Shown: in pieces, positions 39,871 to 49,551 of the stretch | Layout: the number at the start of each line of letters is the position of its first letter | Position numbering within the stretch: the stretch's first letter is position 1 | Assembly (NCBI GenBank): GCA_963703285.1 | Contig: OY969807.1 | Location: 640,001 to 704,000 of the forward strand | Direction: 5' to 3' | Source: an uncultured Nitrososphaerota archaeon | Lineage (GTDB): Archaea; Thermoproteota; Nitrososphaeria; Nitrososphaerales; Gagatemarchaeaceae | DNA: 64,000 bases | Notes under the pieces: model-generated | Databases searched by the model: none | What the model was told of the DNA's origin: nothing | The model's input: the letters and a program-made list of their open reading frames with translations, nothing else | Program-made: the position numbers and the translations under genes

Positions 39871-40555
39871 GTGGCCGCATCGCGCAGGCCGGGCCTCCAG
39901 TCGAGGTGGCAGCACGTCTACGACTCCCTAGAATCGATCATCCCGATATACGAAGAGGGCTCGTCCCGCATAGCCATGTTCTCTGACAGTGAGATGAGGG
40001 AGGAGGTGGTGGACTTCGCAGTTCGCCGGGGAGAACTCGTCCTCGACCTCGGCTCAGGCCCAGGCACACTGGCGAGGGTGGTCACCTGGTCGGGTGGCAC
40101 TCCCGTGCTCTTGGACGCGTCGAGGAAGATGCTCATGGTAGCGGGTCGGGACATGGCGGTCCAGGCGGTCTTCGAGGCACTCCCCTTCCGTGACGCGGCG
40201 TTCGGCTCTGTCGTCGCCGGGTTCTCGAATCAGGGACTCGCGCGACCTCCTGACCGCCGTCGCGGAGATAAGGAGGATCACCTCGGCGGGCGGGAGGTTC
40301 GGATTCTGCGACCTCGGAAAGCCAGACTCTTTCGCGAGCGCAGTACTCCTAGGTTTCTATCTCAGGGTTGGGGTCCCGATAATCGGTGCTGTGACGGGAG
40401 GAAGGAGGGGGTTCAGGTTCGGGTCCCTCTATGACACGTACCTGCTAACGCTGAAGAACGGCGAACTGACCGGGGTCTTGCGGAAGCACTTCTCGGAGGT
40501 TGAACTCAAATCGAGCCAGCTCGGCGGGGCAATCAAGGTCTTCTGCACCGCCTAG
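39871..40555 (+). CDS. class I SAM methyltransferase (UbiE/MenG-like) with a frameshift at ~40228
   Basis: VLDLGSGPG, EALPFRD. Removing one A (tcgaatc to tcgatc) gives GFSIRD...DLGKPD. Confidence 0.82.
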
Positions 40556-40596
40556 GTGGGGCACGCCCAGAGTCCCGACGGTCCGGGGTGCGAAAC

Positions 40597-40636
40597 CATG
40601 TTATCTTTATTAACATGTTAAGCAAGTTAACTTAGC
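40597..40636 (+). promoter_or_regulatory. putative operator with palindromes overlapping the promoter
   Basis: TTAACATGTTAA (40610-40621), AAGTTAACTT (40624-40633) and repeated CATGTTA around a TTTATTAA box. Confidence 0.5.
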
Positions 40637-41059
40637 ATGAAGAAGGAGGTGCTCATCAGGGGGGTCGACTCAGACTTGTACAGGAGAGCGAAGGCGCGGG
40701 CGGCCCTCTCGGGCGAGACGATGGGGAGCGCCTTAAACGAGGCCCTGAAGTCTTGGGTGGATGGGAGCGGATTGGAGGGCGAGACGAACTACCGGGCCGA
40801 AAAGGCCAGAGCGGAGTTCGTCAAGAATCTGAGGTTCGTGAAATCCAACTGGAGACAGCTGGCTAAGCAGAGGGGGAAGGCCATCGTTGTGTCCGCAGGC
40901 AAGCTGCAGGGAATCTTCGGAACGTACCAGGAGGCCCGCACGTTTTCATCGAGGTTCAACGTCGCGCTGGCTTTTGTGGTTGACGAGGGGAAGGCCCCCG
41001 CTGATGGGGAGATTGAGATTGGACCGGAGCTGGAGATACAGCCAAAGCAGGACGCCTAG
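40637..41059 (+). CDS. RHH + DUF5678-like protein (putative antitoxin)
   Basis: N-terminal VLIRGVDSDLYRRAKARAAL RHH; C-terminal N.RFVKSNW.QL....GKAIVVSAGKL. Confidence 0.65.
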   Translation: MKKEVLIRGVDSDLYRRAKARAALSGETMGSALNEALKSWVDGSGLEGETNYRAEKARAEFVKNLRFVKSNWRQLAKQRGKAIVVSAGKLQGIFGTYQEARTFSSRFNVALAFVVDEGKAPADGEIEIGPELEIQPKQDA

Positions 41060-41396
41060 CGCTCCGTCGCTGACTGTCGAGGTTGCAGGTGCGCGCCTGG
41101 AGTGTGACGTCGATACGGGTTTTTCAGGCGGACTTCTAATCCCGTTCGCGACCTTCGAGTCCCTAGGCTTCCTCTCCCACCTCACCCCCGAGTCATACAG
41201 AGCCGTCATGCCCGATTCTCGGAGGATTGCCGTCTTCAGCGCCGTGGACGACGTGGCCATAGGGCCGTTCGTGCTTACGACTGACATCCACTCTTCCGCC
41301 TCCATAGAAAGGAGACTCGTCGGTCGAAGTCTACTGAGGAGCTTCCTCGCGGTGTTGGACGGACCGAAGGAGGTCCTCAGCCTTTCTCAGAGATAG
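41019..41396 (+). CDS. clan AA retropepsin-like aspartyl protease
   Basis: VDTGFSGGL and LVGRSLL motifs; TTG start overlaps the upstream gene. Confidence 0.8.
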   Translation: MDRSWRYSQSRTPSAPSLTVEVAGARLECDVDTGFSGGLLIPFATFESLGFLSHLTPESYRAVMPDSRRIAVFSAVDDVAIGPFVLTTDIHSSASIERRLVGRSLLRSFLAVLDGPKEVLSLSQR

Positions 41397-41417
41397 TCGC
41401 GCTGAGCCCGCCTTGCT

Positions 41418-42419
41418 TCAACCGCTGTCCGCTGGGCGACGCGTAGTCCCGCTGTCCTCCTCTGCGAGACGGGCGTCCAGCTCCCTGAGCACGCTTGGAA
41501 CCTCTGCGGACGGCACGGTGCAACCGGCGGCGCGGGCGTGACCTCCCCCGTTTCCCCCGTGCCTCGCTGCGATCTCGCTGATGGTCCGGCCGAGGTGGAG
41601 AGGGCACTCGGAAGTGCACCTCAGGCTCATCTCGACCCGCCCTCCGCTCTTGACCCTGAAGGACACCCCAACCTGCACATCAAACGCGCCGAGCAGCAGC
41701 TTGGCGACGTTCCCCGTGCTGCTCTGGTCCGTCTCCATGTAGGCAAGCTTCCCCATCGCCACTCCCTTGGTTCCGACGACCCCCTCGAGCTCGGCGACCG
41801 TCTCCGCCTGGCGCAGGGCGAACGAGCTGACCCCCTCTATCCTGTGGGGTAGCTCCATCCTCGACAGGGCCCTCACCAGGCCTTCGATGTAGCTGACGTC
41901 TCTCCCCTGGTTCGCGATCGCGTAGGAGAGCATCGTGCTCTCGAGGAGGACGAACTGCCGGTCGAACCTCTCCATCATCTTCCCCGCAAGGGGCGACGAG
42001 TCCATGTAGTCCGTCACCGCCCCGAACATAGCCAGATAGCTGGACCTCGGCGGCAGCGCGTCCTTGAACGTGGTGTAGCAGAGCATGCTCGAGCACTCGT
42101 TGGTGTCGTGGACCATGCGGATACCCAGACCTGAGAGCTCGGCCTTCATCTCGTCGGAGAGGTAGTGGTGGTCGATGTATGTCACAGCGAGCCGCTTCGC
42201 GAGGTCGGATATCTTGGCCCTGAACTCGGGGAACCGAGACGGGTCGGTGCCCAGGTCGCATATGGTCAGCTCGCTCGTCCCGGAGGGGATGGCGTCGAGT
42301 TCGCCGATGATGTCGTCGTAGTCGGAGAGCCGGAAGGTTCCGCCCTTCGCGGCCAGGGTGATCGCCGCGGAACAGATTCCGTCGGCGTCCTTGATGTGCG
42401 AGATGCAGTGGGAGGTCAA
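41418..42419 (-). CDS. DHH/DHHA1 family phosphoesterase
   Basis: SH.KDADG, CDLG, IDHH, SLR, GGGHARAAG. Confidence 0.9.
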   Translation of the reverse strand: MTSHCISHIKDADGICSAAITLAAKGGTFRLSDYDDIIGELDAIPSGTSELTICDLGTDPSRFPEFRAKISDLAKRLAVTYIDHHYLSDEMKAELSGLGIRMVHDTNECSSMLCYTTFKDALPPRSSYLAMFGAVTDYMDSSPLAGKMMERFDRQFVLLESTMLSYAIANQGRDVSYIEGLVRALSRMELPHRIEGVSSFALRQAETVAELEGVVGTKGVAMGKLAYMETDQSSTGNVAKLLLGAFDVQVGVSFRVKSGGRVEMSLRCTSECPLHLGRTISEIAARHGGNGGGHARAAGCTVPSAEVPSVLRELDARLAEEDSGTTRRPADSG

Positions 42420-42528
42420 GCAGCCCAGGGCGGTGCAATCGCCTTAATGAATGCTCGAATGGAGCAACCGTCCACAGCGGCTCGCGGCTCGCTCGCGGAT
42501 ATATCAGGCGCGGAGCAGGGGCTCTCCT

Positions 42529-42900
42529 GTGGCCAGCGTACCCAGAGGCCTCCTCAAGCTGATAGCGCTCCAGCTCCTGTCGGAATCCTCACTCTCCGGC
42601 GCGGAGCTCCAGGAGCAGATACGGCGGTCCAGCTCAGGAGTCTGGCGGCCGGGCCCGGGCTCCATCTACTTCATGATCAGGGGCCTTCGGGACGAGGGGC
42701 TGATCGTCGAGCTTCCCGCGAGCGGGGGGACGACGAGGCGATACGTGATCTCCACCAAGGGCAGGGGGGAACTGGAGAAGAGGAGGGGGCAGGTGAGGAC
42801 CGAGGTCAAGAAACAACTCGGGATACTTGCCTACTACTCCAAGCTGGCGGGCAACGAAACGCTCGCAACAAGCCTGAATGACCTAAGCGCTAAGACCTGA
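42529..42900 (+). CDS. PadR-family transcriptional regulator
   Basis: VPRGLLK, WRPGPGSIY, RRYVISTKG; GTG start downstream of GATATATC. Confidence 0.88.
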   Translation: MASVPRGLLKLIALQLLSESSLSGAELQEQIRRSSSGVWRPGPGSIYFMIRGLRDEGLIVELPASGGTTRRYVISTKGRGELEKRRGQVRTEVKKQLGILAYYSKLAGNETLATSLNDLSAKT

Positions 42901-42974
42901 CTCCACAGGGCGGACTTCGGGGGCGGCTGAATTCTTCAATCACCGATATAAACCGAGAGCAGACCTTCCTTCAG

Positions 42975-43871
42975 ATGCGGTCCGGAGTCCTCAGGCTGGC
43001 AATCATCCTCGCGATTGTCGTCGCGGCTGCCTTCGCAGTGATAACGCTCAACCTCGCATTTCCCTCGTTCACCTACGGGCTGAAGTACGTCTACGCGGCC
43101 CTGATACTCGTGGCGGGGGTGTTCATCACGAGAGAGGTCGCGTCCATAGTGGGCCTCAGTCTCCGTGACCATGCGAAGAGGACGGTGCTCGTCGCTGAGA
43201 ACGCGGTCACCATCAGCGGGTACGTGATAAGCATGGCCGCGGCGTTCCTCTACGCCTCCTTCTCTCCGACCGCCCTGCTGGCTTCGGCCGCCTTCAGCGG
43301 GCTCGTCCTGGGGCTAGCCCTCCAGCCCACCCTCGGCAGCTTCTTCGCCGGGATGCTCATCCTCGTATCCGGCGTGATACGCCCCGGAAACCAGGTACGG
43401 ATAATGACCTGGCACATCCCCTTCCAGTGGGCGATGAACCCGGGCTACAAGTACTTCTCACCGGACCAGATCTACGCCGGCTACATGGCGGAGGTCATCG
43501 AGATAGGCCTCTTCTTCACGACCGTAATCACGGAGGAGGGCCAGACGATGAAGATCCCCAACACGATAATCGCGACCGACGCAGCGGTGGTGACGTACAC
43601 GAACAGGGACTACATCTTCAACGTGAGGTACGAGTTCTCGAACAGGCTCGACCCGAACGTGGTCCTGAAGAGGGTCAAGGAGGAGGTGGCGAGCTACCCC
43701 GTGGTCAATTGCTTCATCAACGAGCAGAGCGACAAGTCATACTTCATCGTCAAGATCGTGATGAACGCCGTGAGGAAGGACCACGCCCTCATCAAGTCTG
43801 AAGTGCTGGCGCGGCTCATCCTCCTGAACAGGGAGCTCGAGGGAGCCGGTTCGGCGGAGCCGAAGAAGTGA
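42975..43871 (+). CDS. MscS-family mechanosensitive channel
   Basis: GLVLGLALQPTLGSFFAG, EIGLFFT, KIPN. Confidence 0.88.
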   Translation: MRSGVLRLAIILAIVVAAAFAVITLNLAFPSFTYGLKYVYAALILVAGVFITREVASIVGLSLRDHAKRTVLVAENAVTISGYVISMAAAFLYASFSPTALLASAAFSGLVLGLALQPTLGSFFAGMLILVSGVIRPGNQVRIMTWHIPFQWAMNPGYKYFSPDQIYAGYMAEVIEIGLFFTTVITEEGQTMKIPNTIIATDAAVVTYTNRDYIFNVRYEFSNRLDPNVVLKRVKEEVASYPVVNCFINEQSDKSYFIVKIVMNAVRKDHALIKSEVLARLILLNRELEGAGSAEPKK

Positions 43872-43892
43872 GGGGCCGCCACCGTTAAATTT

Positions 43893-44321
43893 TTGCCGAA
43901 GGGAGCGGGCTCCGTGGGAGAACCGAGGTTCATCAGCATCAGGAAGCTCGCCGCGCTCGAGATCGTCTACAGAGGGGAGCGGAGGGTCCTCCTCGAGTAC
44001 GGCTCGGGGGTCTTCTTCTTCGGCGTCGTCGGGGTGCTCTTCCTCCTCTACGCGCACCAGCGCACACCCCTCACCACCTCCATAGGGGTCTACGTGCTCC
44101 TCCTAGCCCTCAACTACGTCCCGCTGCTGGCCTTCTCGATCTCCCTAGCCAGCAAGAGGAGCGCGAAGACCGCGGTCGCGCTCGAGCTGGAGCATCAAGA
44201 GACCTACAGGAGGCGCTACGGCATCCAGCAGGCGATGGTCCTCATACCCTTCGCGGTCTTGCTGCTAGCCAGCATCCAGGAAGCGTCCCGAGGGAGCGAC
44301 AGAGCCGGGGACCCCACTTAG
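43893..44321 (+). CDS. small membrane protein of unknown function
   Basis: 3 hydrophobic segments, NYVPLL motif, coding-like codon usage. Confidence 0.65.
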   Translation: MPKGAGSVGEPRFISIRKLAALEIVYRGERRVLLEYGSGVFFFGVVGVLFLLYAHQRTPLTTSIGVYVLLLALNYVPLLAFSISLASKRSAKTAVALELEHQETYRRRYGIQQAMVLIPFAVLLLASIQEASRGSDRAGDPT

Positions 44322-44328
44322 CACCGGG

Positions 44329-44561
44329 TCACGAAGGCGCGGGTCTCTCGCGCTGTCCGAGGGCTAGACCGGGACGTTCGGCCTTCGATGCCGTCAGCCA
44401 CTTGGTTCCCTTCAGGACGAGTACCGGGCAGCTCGCCTGCTCGAGTATGCTAGGGAAGAAAAGCCTGACCAGCCTCTTGGACGCGCCCGTCTCCCAGTGG
44501 GGAAGGACGACCAGGTCGCACTTCTCCTGCTCGATGGTCTCCCTGATGGCGTTGGACCTGT
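44329..44561 (-). pseudogene. 3' fragment of a universal-stress-protein-like domain, truncated by IS607
   Basis: AIRETIEQEKCDLVVL...ILEQASCPVLVLK; the ORF-track ATG lies inside the IS end. Confidence 0.7.
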
Positions 44562-44583
44562 CCGTTGTTAGAAGCAAGCCCAT

Positions 44584-45762
44584 TTAGGACATCGCTTCCT
44601 TAGGAGCGTTGGCGCCTTCCTCGGTCCCACCCGCCACGGCCGTCTCGGCCACGGGCCCGTGCCACAGGTATTCATCCCTCACAAGGCTCCAAGAGGCATC
44701 CTCACTCACGGAGAACGGTCGTCCGCAAAGGCGCGAACCGCGACAGGCTATGGCCAACGAGGCCAGCCGGTTCCTGTCGTAGTCCGCGCCGCATGTTGGA
44801 CACGCGCTTACCCTCCAGCGCATGTCTGACGGGATCCGAGTTGGGTGCTCTATGCTTCCACCGCATACGGGACATCTCGAAGAAGTCCCTCTCGGATTCG
44901 CGTACAGCGTCGTGCTGGGTGACTTGTAGTCGACCATCGCCTGGGCCATCCTGTAGGGCCAGCGGTTCAGGCGCGTCCTGAACCTCCTCCCCTCGGTAGA
45001 CTTGTTCCTGATGTGCCTGAGGTCCTCGAAGACGAAGGTGGCGTTGGGGTATCTCCTCACGAGGCCTGTGGTCAGCTTGTGGAGCGAGTCCCTGATGCGC
45101 AGCCTCTGCCTCCCTCTGGTCTGCTCCAGCTTCTTGGCGCGCTTCTGCGGGTTCCTGATGTGGAGCTGGAGCCGCCTTCGACGCCTGGTGAACGAGTCCT
45201 GGATGTGCTCGACGTCGCTCGTCGGAATGGTGACCGGTTGTCCGAGTCTCCCCTTGTCTATGGGAGTGCAGTCTATGGTGGCGAAGTTCAGGTCCACTCC
45301 CACGAGCTGGTCTCCGAGAGGCTTCGTGGAGAGGCCGTCCACGAACGTCAGGAGCAGCCTTTCGTCCGTCAGGGTCATCTCGCCAAGCTTGCCCCTTGAA
45401 TAATCCGGCCACTTCTTGTGGTTTGGTGTGAATCGTATGTACTCATACTCGCGGGGTCGGATTGTAATGCGAATCACCATCTGGTCGCGCTCCTCCGTCA
45501 TCTTGAACAGCTCCCTGTCTATTCGCATGGAGAGCTTCTCCAGGGACGGAAGCGCCAGGCTCTTGTGCCTCTTCCTGTAGGCCCTCAGCAAAGCGACCGC
45601 CTTGCTGCAGACCGGGTTGATGTGGTGGCGCGCGTACGGCATCGTCTCCACAAACCAGGGCCTGACCTTCTTCCTCAGCCTTATCGGCGAAGGGATCTCC
45701 CCACCGTTGAGCCTGGCATCCACTAGGGCGTAGGCGAGGGCCATCCGAGTGGCATCTCGCAT
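44584..45762 (-). CDS. tnpB: TnpB RNA-guided nuclease homolog with altered RuvC-III (DRN)
   Basis: VGVDLN, FEDL, TSSRCPVCG, CPTCG.DYDRN; the frame stays open ~30 codons upstream of ATG 45762, so the true start is uncertain. Confidence 0.9.
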   Translation of the reverse strand: MRDATRMALAYALVDARLNGGEIPSPIRLRKKVRPWFVETMPYARHHINPVCSKAVALLRAYRKRHKSLALPSLEKLSMRIDRELFKMTEERDQMVIRITIRPREYEYIRFTPNHKKWPDYSRGKLGEMTLTDERLLLTFVDGLSTKPLGDQLVGVDLNFATIDCTPIDKGRLGQPVTIPTSDVEHIQDSFTRRRRRLQLHIRNPQKRAKKLEQTRGRQRLRIRDSLHKLTTGLVRRYPNATFVFEDLRHIRNKSTEGRRFRTRLNRWPYRMAQAMVDYKSPSTTLYANPRGTSSRCPVCGGSIEHPTRIPSDMRWRVSACPTCGADYDRNRLASLAIACRGSRLCGRPFSVSEDASWSLVRDEYLWHGPVAETAVAGGTEEGANAPKEAMS

Positions 45763-45848
45763 GTCGGAGAGGTAAGCTAGAAGCTGCGGGCTCGGCTCGT
45801 ACTTGATCCCGATGGTCCGCTTCTGGCCGAGGGACTTCCAGAGGTGCG

Positions 45849-46413
45849 TTACCGTTCGGTCGCCTCCGGTGTCCTCTTCGCCTTGTTCTTCGCTGACTGC
45901 TTCCCGTACAGCCGGGTGCAGAACGAAGTGAGGACGTCGACCATGTCTTGGACGAGGTCATCTTTCATCTCTGTGTCATTGACGATGACGACCTTCCTCT
46001 TGGAGGCCGCCATTGCCGACTCGACGTATTCAGACCCGAATCTTGCGAGCCTATCCCTGCGCTCGACCACGATGACCGAGGTCGACGTGTTCTCCAGGAC
46101 CTTCATCAGTTTCTTGCGGTGCCCGTTGAGCCAGGAGCCATTCTCCTTGACCTCTTGAACTACGTGTAATCCTTGAACCGCAGCGTAGTCCCTGGGGCGT
46201 TGCACCTGCGTGTCAAGGTCGGCTGCTTGGTCCATTGAAGAGATACTCGCGTACAGGACCGCGTTGTTTGTCGTCGCTGGGAGCTCGTGGACGAGGATGG
46301 TACCCGGTAGGGAGCTGTTCCACCGGCCTCGGGAACTTTCCGCTTCTGAAAAGACGGTAAGCTGCCTTGTAGTCGAGGCCATTCTTCCTGGCCCGGTCGG
46401 CTAGTTTCAACAC
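45849..46413 (-). pseudogene. tnpA: IS607 TnpA serine recombinase, frameshifted at ~46304
   Basis: HTH MLKLADRARKNGLDYKAAYRLF in one frame, catalytic domain in another; YARVSS appears as YASISS and GSGLN as GSWLN; RDRLARFG and DDLVQD retained. Confidence 0.85.
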
Positions 46414-46491
46414 GATTGTACTCCGGCTATTTAACGACCAATGTTCGATGGTGCGATTTGATACCAACTCGTATCAAAAACGATTACTGTT

Positions 46492-46704
46492 CCCAGCCCC
46501 GCGGCCTCGGTCACCCTCTGGCTCCCTGGCCCCCTCAATGTCGCTCTCTGGGTGGGAGTGATGGCCGCCCTCATGGCCCTGCTGTGGGCGAAGTTCGAAA
46601 CCCACAGGAATCTGGTCCTGGCGTTGACCATCCCGCTGCTCGCCATGTGCATCTGCGACGTCACGAACGACGTGGTCGTTGCTCTACAGCTCGGGCTCCT
46701 CTAG
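46492..46704 (+). pseudogene. 3' fragment of a membrane-protein gene, truncated by IS607
   Basis: Frame PSPAASVTLWLPGPLNVALWVGVMAALMALLW...LQLGLL* begins at the IS junction with no start codon. Confidence 0.55.
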
Positions 46705-46720
46705 GCGGCGTGTCGTCGGC

Positions 46721-47767
46721 TCAGGCAGCCACGGGGGCCGTCTCGAGAGCCGCTCCGCCCCTCGGACCCTGCGCCCGCTTCAGCAGCAGATTGACGATGT
46801 AGAGCAACCCGGGGATTCCTGCGATGAAGACGATGTCCACCGTCGGCACAAGACTGTAGAGGCTGTTCGCGGTGTATGGGACGCCGTAGACCGCCTGCCC
46901 ATAGAAGGCATACCCGTTCGATGCGAAGTCCACCGCCCAGTGAAAGATGATGCTGGTGTGAAGCCCGTATCTGACGTAGAGGTATGCCAGGGCCACCCCG
47001 TCCAGCGCGGCCTCGCTGATCTTCCCGATTCCCCACCCGGCGCCGGACACGAAGTGTGCAACCCCGAAGATTATCGAGCTGAGCGCTATCAGGAAGTAGA
47101 CGAGCAGCTTCAACGAGCCAGTGGCAAGCCCCTGGGGAGAATCCGCTGAGATTCCCTCCCAGCTGGAGGAAGGGCGCCAGAGGGCCTTCAGCATACGGCG
47201 AGCGTTCGACTTCATAAGCAGCAGGATGACGAAGAGGGGGACGCCGATCAGGAAGAACCTGAACCCGACCTCCTCAATGAGGGGCGCGAGGGTGAAATCA
47301 ACCAGAAGGAGGTAGGGGTCCCCCGAGAGGCCGCCGGTCGAGACGCCCGCAGAGGTCTGGAAGAGGTCGAGGATGATCGTTGCGAGGAGCGTGGCCCCCA
47401 GGATCATCACCGTGGCAGACAACGGATTGCGGAGCAGGTCGCCCATCCCGTCCCTCGACGCCCCCTTGAGGGCCCGGATGAGCCCTCCGCCCTGAACCGC
47501 CGCGAGGGCGATGAAAAAGACGAAGAGCGCAGTCAGGGACAGGTAGAGCTCCGCCACCGTTGGCGTGAGGGGGAGGTTCACCATGAAGAGGCCGATGTAG
47601 ATGGGGACATAGAGGAACTGCGACTGGTAGGATAACCCGGTGGTCGAGAGGTGCGAGGAGAAGATCGCGTAGGTCCCGAACGGGATCGACCCGATCAGGA
47701 CGACGAGGGTGAAGACGACTATCACGCCGTAGAGAAGACCGGAGACGCTTATCCGGGGTTTTTCCAA
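46721..47767 (-). CDS. CPBP/Abi-family intramembrane metalloprotease
   Basis: APLIEEVGFR, FGVAH, H...DFASN. Confidence 0.9.
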   Translation of the reverse strand: MEKPRISVSGLLYGVIVVFTLVVLIGSIPFGTYAIFSSHLSTTGLSYQSQFLYVPIYIGLFMVNLPLTPTVAELYLSLTALFVFFIALAAVQGGGLIRALKGASRDGMGDLLRNPLSATVMILGATLLATIILDLFQTSAGVSTGGLSGDPYLLLVDFTLAPLIEEVGFRFFLIGVPLFVILLLMKSNARRMLKALWRPSSSWEGISADSPQGLATGSLKLLVYFLIALSSIIFGVAHFVSGAGWGIGKISEAALDGVALAYLYVRYGLHTSIIFHWAVDFASNGYAFYGQAVYGVPYTANSLYSLVPTVDIVFIAGIPGLLYIVNLLLKRAQGPRGGAALETAPVAA

Positions 47768-47773
47768 CGAAGT

Positions 47774-47986
47774 TCAGTCCGGCGCCTTCTTCCGTTCGTC
47801 CTTCACTTCTTCGACGTAGGCATACCCCCTGTACCCGCACTTTGGGCAGAGGTAGTCCTGGGGGATGAGCCATCCGCCGAGGCCGCTAAGCTTCTGAAGC
47901 GGGGTGAGGCAGACAACGCACAGCCGCGGCCTGTTCGTGAAGACCCCACGCCTGACCAGCTTGGGCCTTTCTGCATCGTCCTCCAA
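47774..47986 (-). CDS. small zinc-ribbon protein
   Basis: CVVC...GWLIPQDYLCPKCGYRG. Confidence 0.75.
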   Translation of the reverse strand: MEDDAERPKLVRRGVFTNRPRLCVVCLTPLQKLSGLGGWLIPQDYLCPKCGYRGYAYVEEVKDERKKAPD

Positions 47987-48041
47987 GGTTCACCGGGGAT
48001 GAGCCGAACTCGGTTGCTTTAACGCTTTTCGAATCGGGAGC

Positions 48042-49472
48042 TCAGGACACCACGATGGGCACGTAGACTGACCTCCAGGTCAATCCATCGCTGATGGTCA
48101 TGAGGAGGAGATAGTCACCTGCCGGCGTCCCGGCCGCGACCTTCACGGTGACGGGCACGGAGACGGGTCCGTCGAGCGAGGGGAACGACGAGGTACCCGT
48201 GGTGAACGTGATGTTCTGGGGGACCGAGCTGATTGTCTCGGAGTCCGAGAAGGTCAGGTTTAGCGGTCTCGACGAGGTCCCCGTCAGCTGGAGCTGGAAG
48301 ATGGCGGAGGAACCAGGCTCGATGGTCGTCTCCGTGCGGTTGGCCGGAGTCGTCAGGGAGAAGGAGGGCGTGACAGAGTCGTTGACGAACCCGACCTGGT
48401 TCGCGGTCCAGGCGGTGAACCAGACGAGGTTCTTGTCGATGGCGATGGTGAGCGCGTTCCCTATGCCGACTTCATCGATCGGGATTGGTGAGATCGCGTA
48501 CTCCGTCAGAGTCGTCATGTTGGAGAGCAGCGCGATCCTGTTCGCGTCGTGCTCGTTGAACCAGAGCGCACTGCCGTTGGCGAGGAGGTAGTAGGGGAGC
48601 GTAAGCGGGAGCTTGGGGTCCGTGGAGGTGGGGTAGAAGGACCACTGGCCCGAGCTTGGGTCGAAGAAGGCGACGTGGGAAGCCTCGTGCTCCCCCACCC
48701 AGAGACCTCCCTGGGAGACCGCTACGCTGTAGGGTCCGAACAGCGTCTGGTTACCGCCCACCTGCTGGAACACCGGGAACGGGGAGAGCGGGTCGAAGGA
48801 GAAGACCTGACCATGGCTGTCGCCCGGATTGACGGTCACGACGTAGCCGAGGCTGGAGTTCTGAAACAGAATCGAGGCGGTGTACTCGCCCGGGTCGGCG
48901 GGGACAGAGTAGTAGGTTGGCGCCGACGTACTGCTGGCGACCACACCTATCTGGGCAGGGAGGGACGTCTCCGTGAACCAGAGGCGGTCCTGGCTGTCGA
49001 TCGCGAGGAACCGCGGAATGACCGTGCCGGGCAGAGTAATGACGGTGAACGTTCCGGTCGTCGCGTTCATGCCCACCAGCTGGTTGTTGGCGGAGTCCGA
49101 GGCCCAGACGAGACCGTTCCAAAGCTTGATCCCCCAGATATCCGAGCGGTCGAAGCAGAGCGAGGCCGGGGTCGAGTTGGGGAAGGGCCACGGGTACTCC
49201 ACGAGCGTCCCGTTCAGGAAGAGGTGGGCTATCCCGGGGATGGCCACCTCACCGAACCAGACCGACCCGTCGGGGGCCGCCGTGATCGAGTTTGCGCTCC
49301 TCAGGGGCGTGGGCAGATCGAAGGTGGTGACGCTACCGAACTTGGACGGGACCAGGTTGGTTCTGGTTACGGAGGTGAGGTCCGCGCAGCCGGTCTGGGA
49401 TGAAGAGGTGGTCAACGTCCCGTTGCCCTGAATCAGGACGTATGTTCCGGCCACGATGGCGCCCACGAGCAA
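48042..49472 (-). CDS. secreted Vgb (virginiamycin B lyase)-like beta-propeller protein
   Basis: Repeated DGSVWFGE, RLWFTE, LWFNEH, VWFT; in-frame RRRSIAVLVVV upstream of the TTG suggests an earlier start. Confidence 0.8.
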   Translation of the reverse strand: MLVGAIVAGTYVLIQGNGTLTTSSSQTGCADLTSVTRTNLVPSKFGSVTTFDLPTPLRSANSITAAPDGSVWFGEVAIPGIAHLFLNGTLVEYPWPFPNSTPASLCFDRSDIWGIKLWNGLVWASDSANNQLVGMNATTGTFTVITLPGTVIPRFLAIDSQDRLWFTETSLPAQIGVVASSTSAPTYYSVPADPGEYTASILFQNSSLGYVVTVNPGDSHGQVFSFDPLSPFPVFQQVGGNQTLFGPYSVAVSQGGLWVGEHEASHVAFFDPSSGQWSFYPTSTDPKLPLTLPYYLLANGSALWFNEHDANRIALLSNMTTLTEYAISPIPIDEVGIGNALTIAIDKNLVWFTAWTANQVGFVNDSVTPSFSLTTPANRTETTIEPGSSAIFQLQLTGTSSRPLNLTFSDSETISSVPQNITFTTGTSSFPSLDGPVSVPVTVKVAAGTPAGDYLLLMTISDGLTWRSVYVPIVVS

Positions 49473-49551
49473 GACGACGACCAGGACGGCGATGGACCTG
49501 CGGCGCGTGGAGCCGCCGGCACTACCCTGCGGCCCCGGAGAGCTCGTCCCG

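Larger units (their letters stand above)
44562..46491 (-). mobile_element. IS607-family element (decayed tnpA + tnpB)
   Basis: Serine recombinase followed by TnpB; right end ...ctaacaacGG, left flank ...gctGGG; no target-site duplication. Confidence 0.85.

Noticed and set aside
44562-46491. IStron (group I intron-IS607) or Cas12f system
   Set aside because: The left end is only ~80 bp before tnpA, leaving no room for an intron core; there is no CRISPR array
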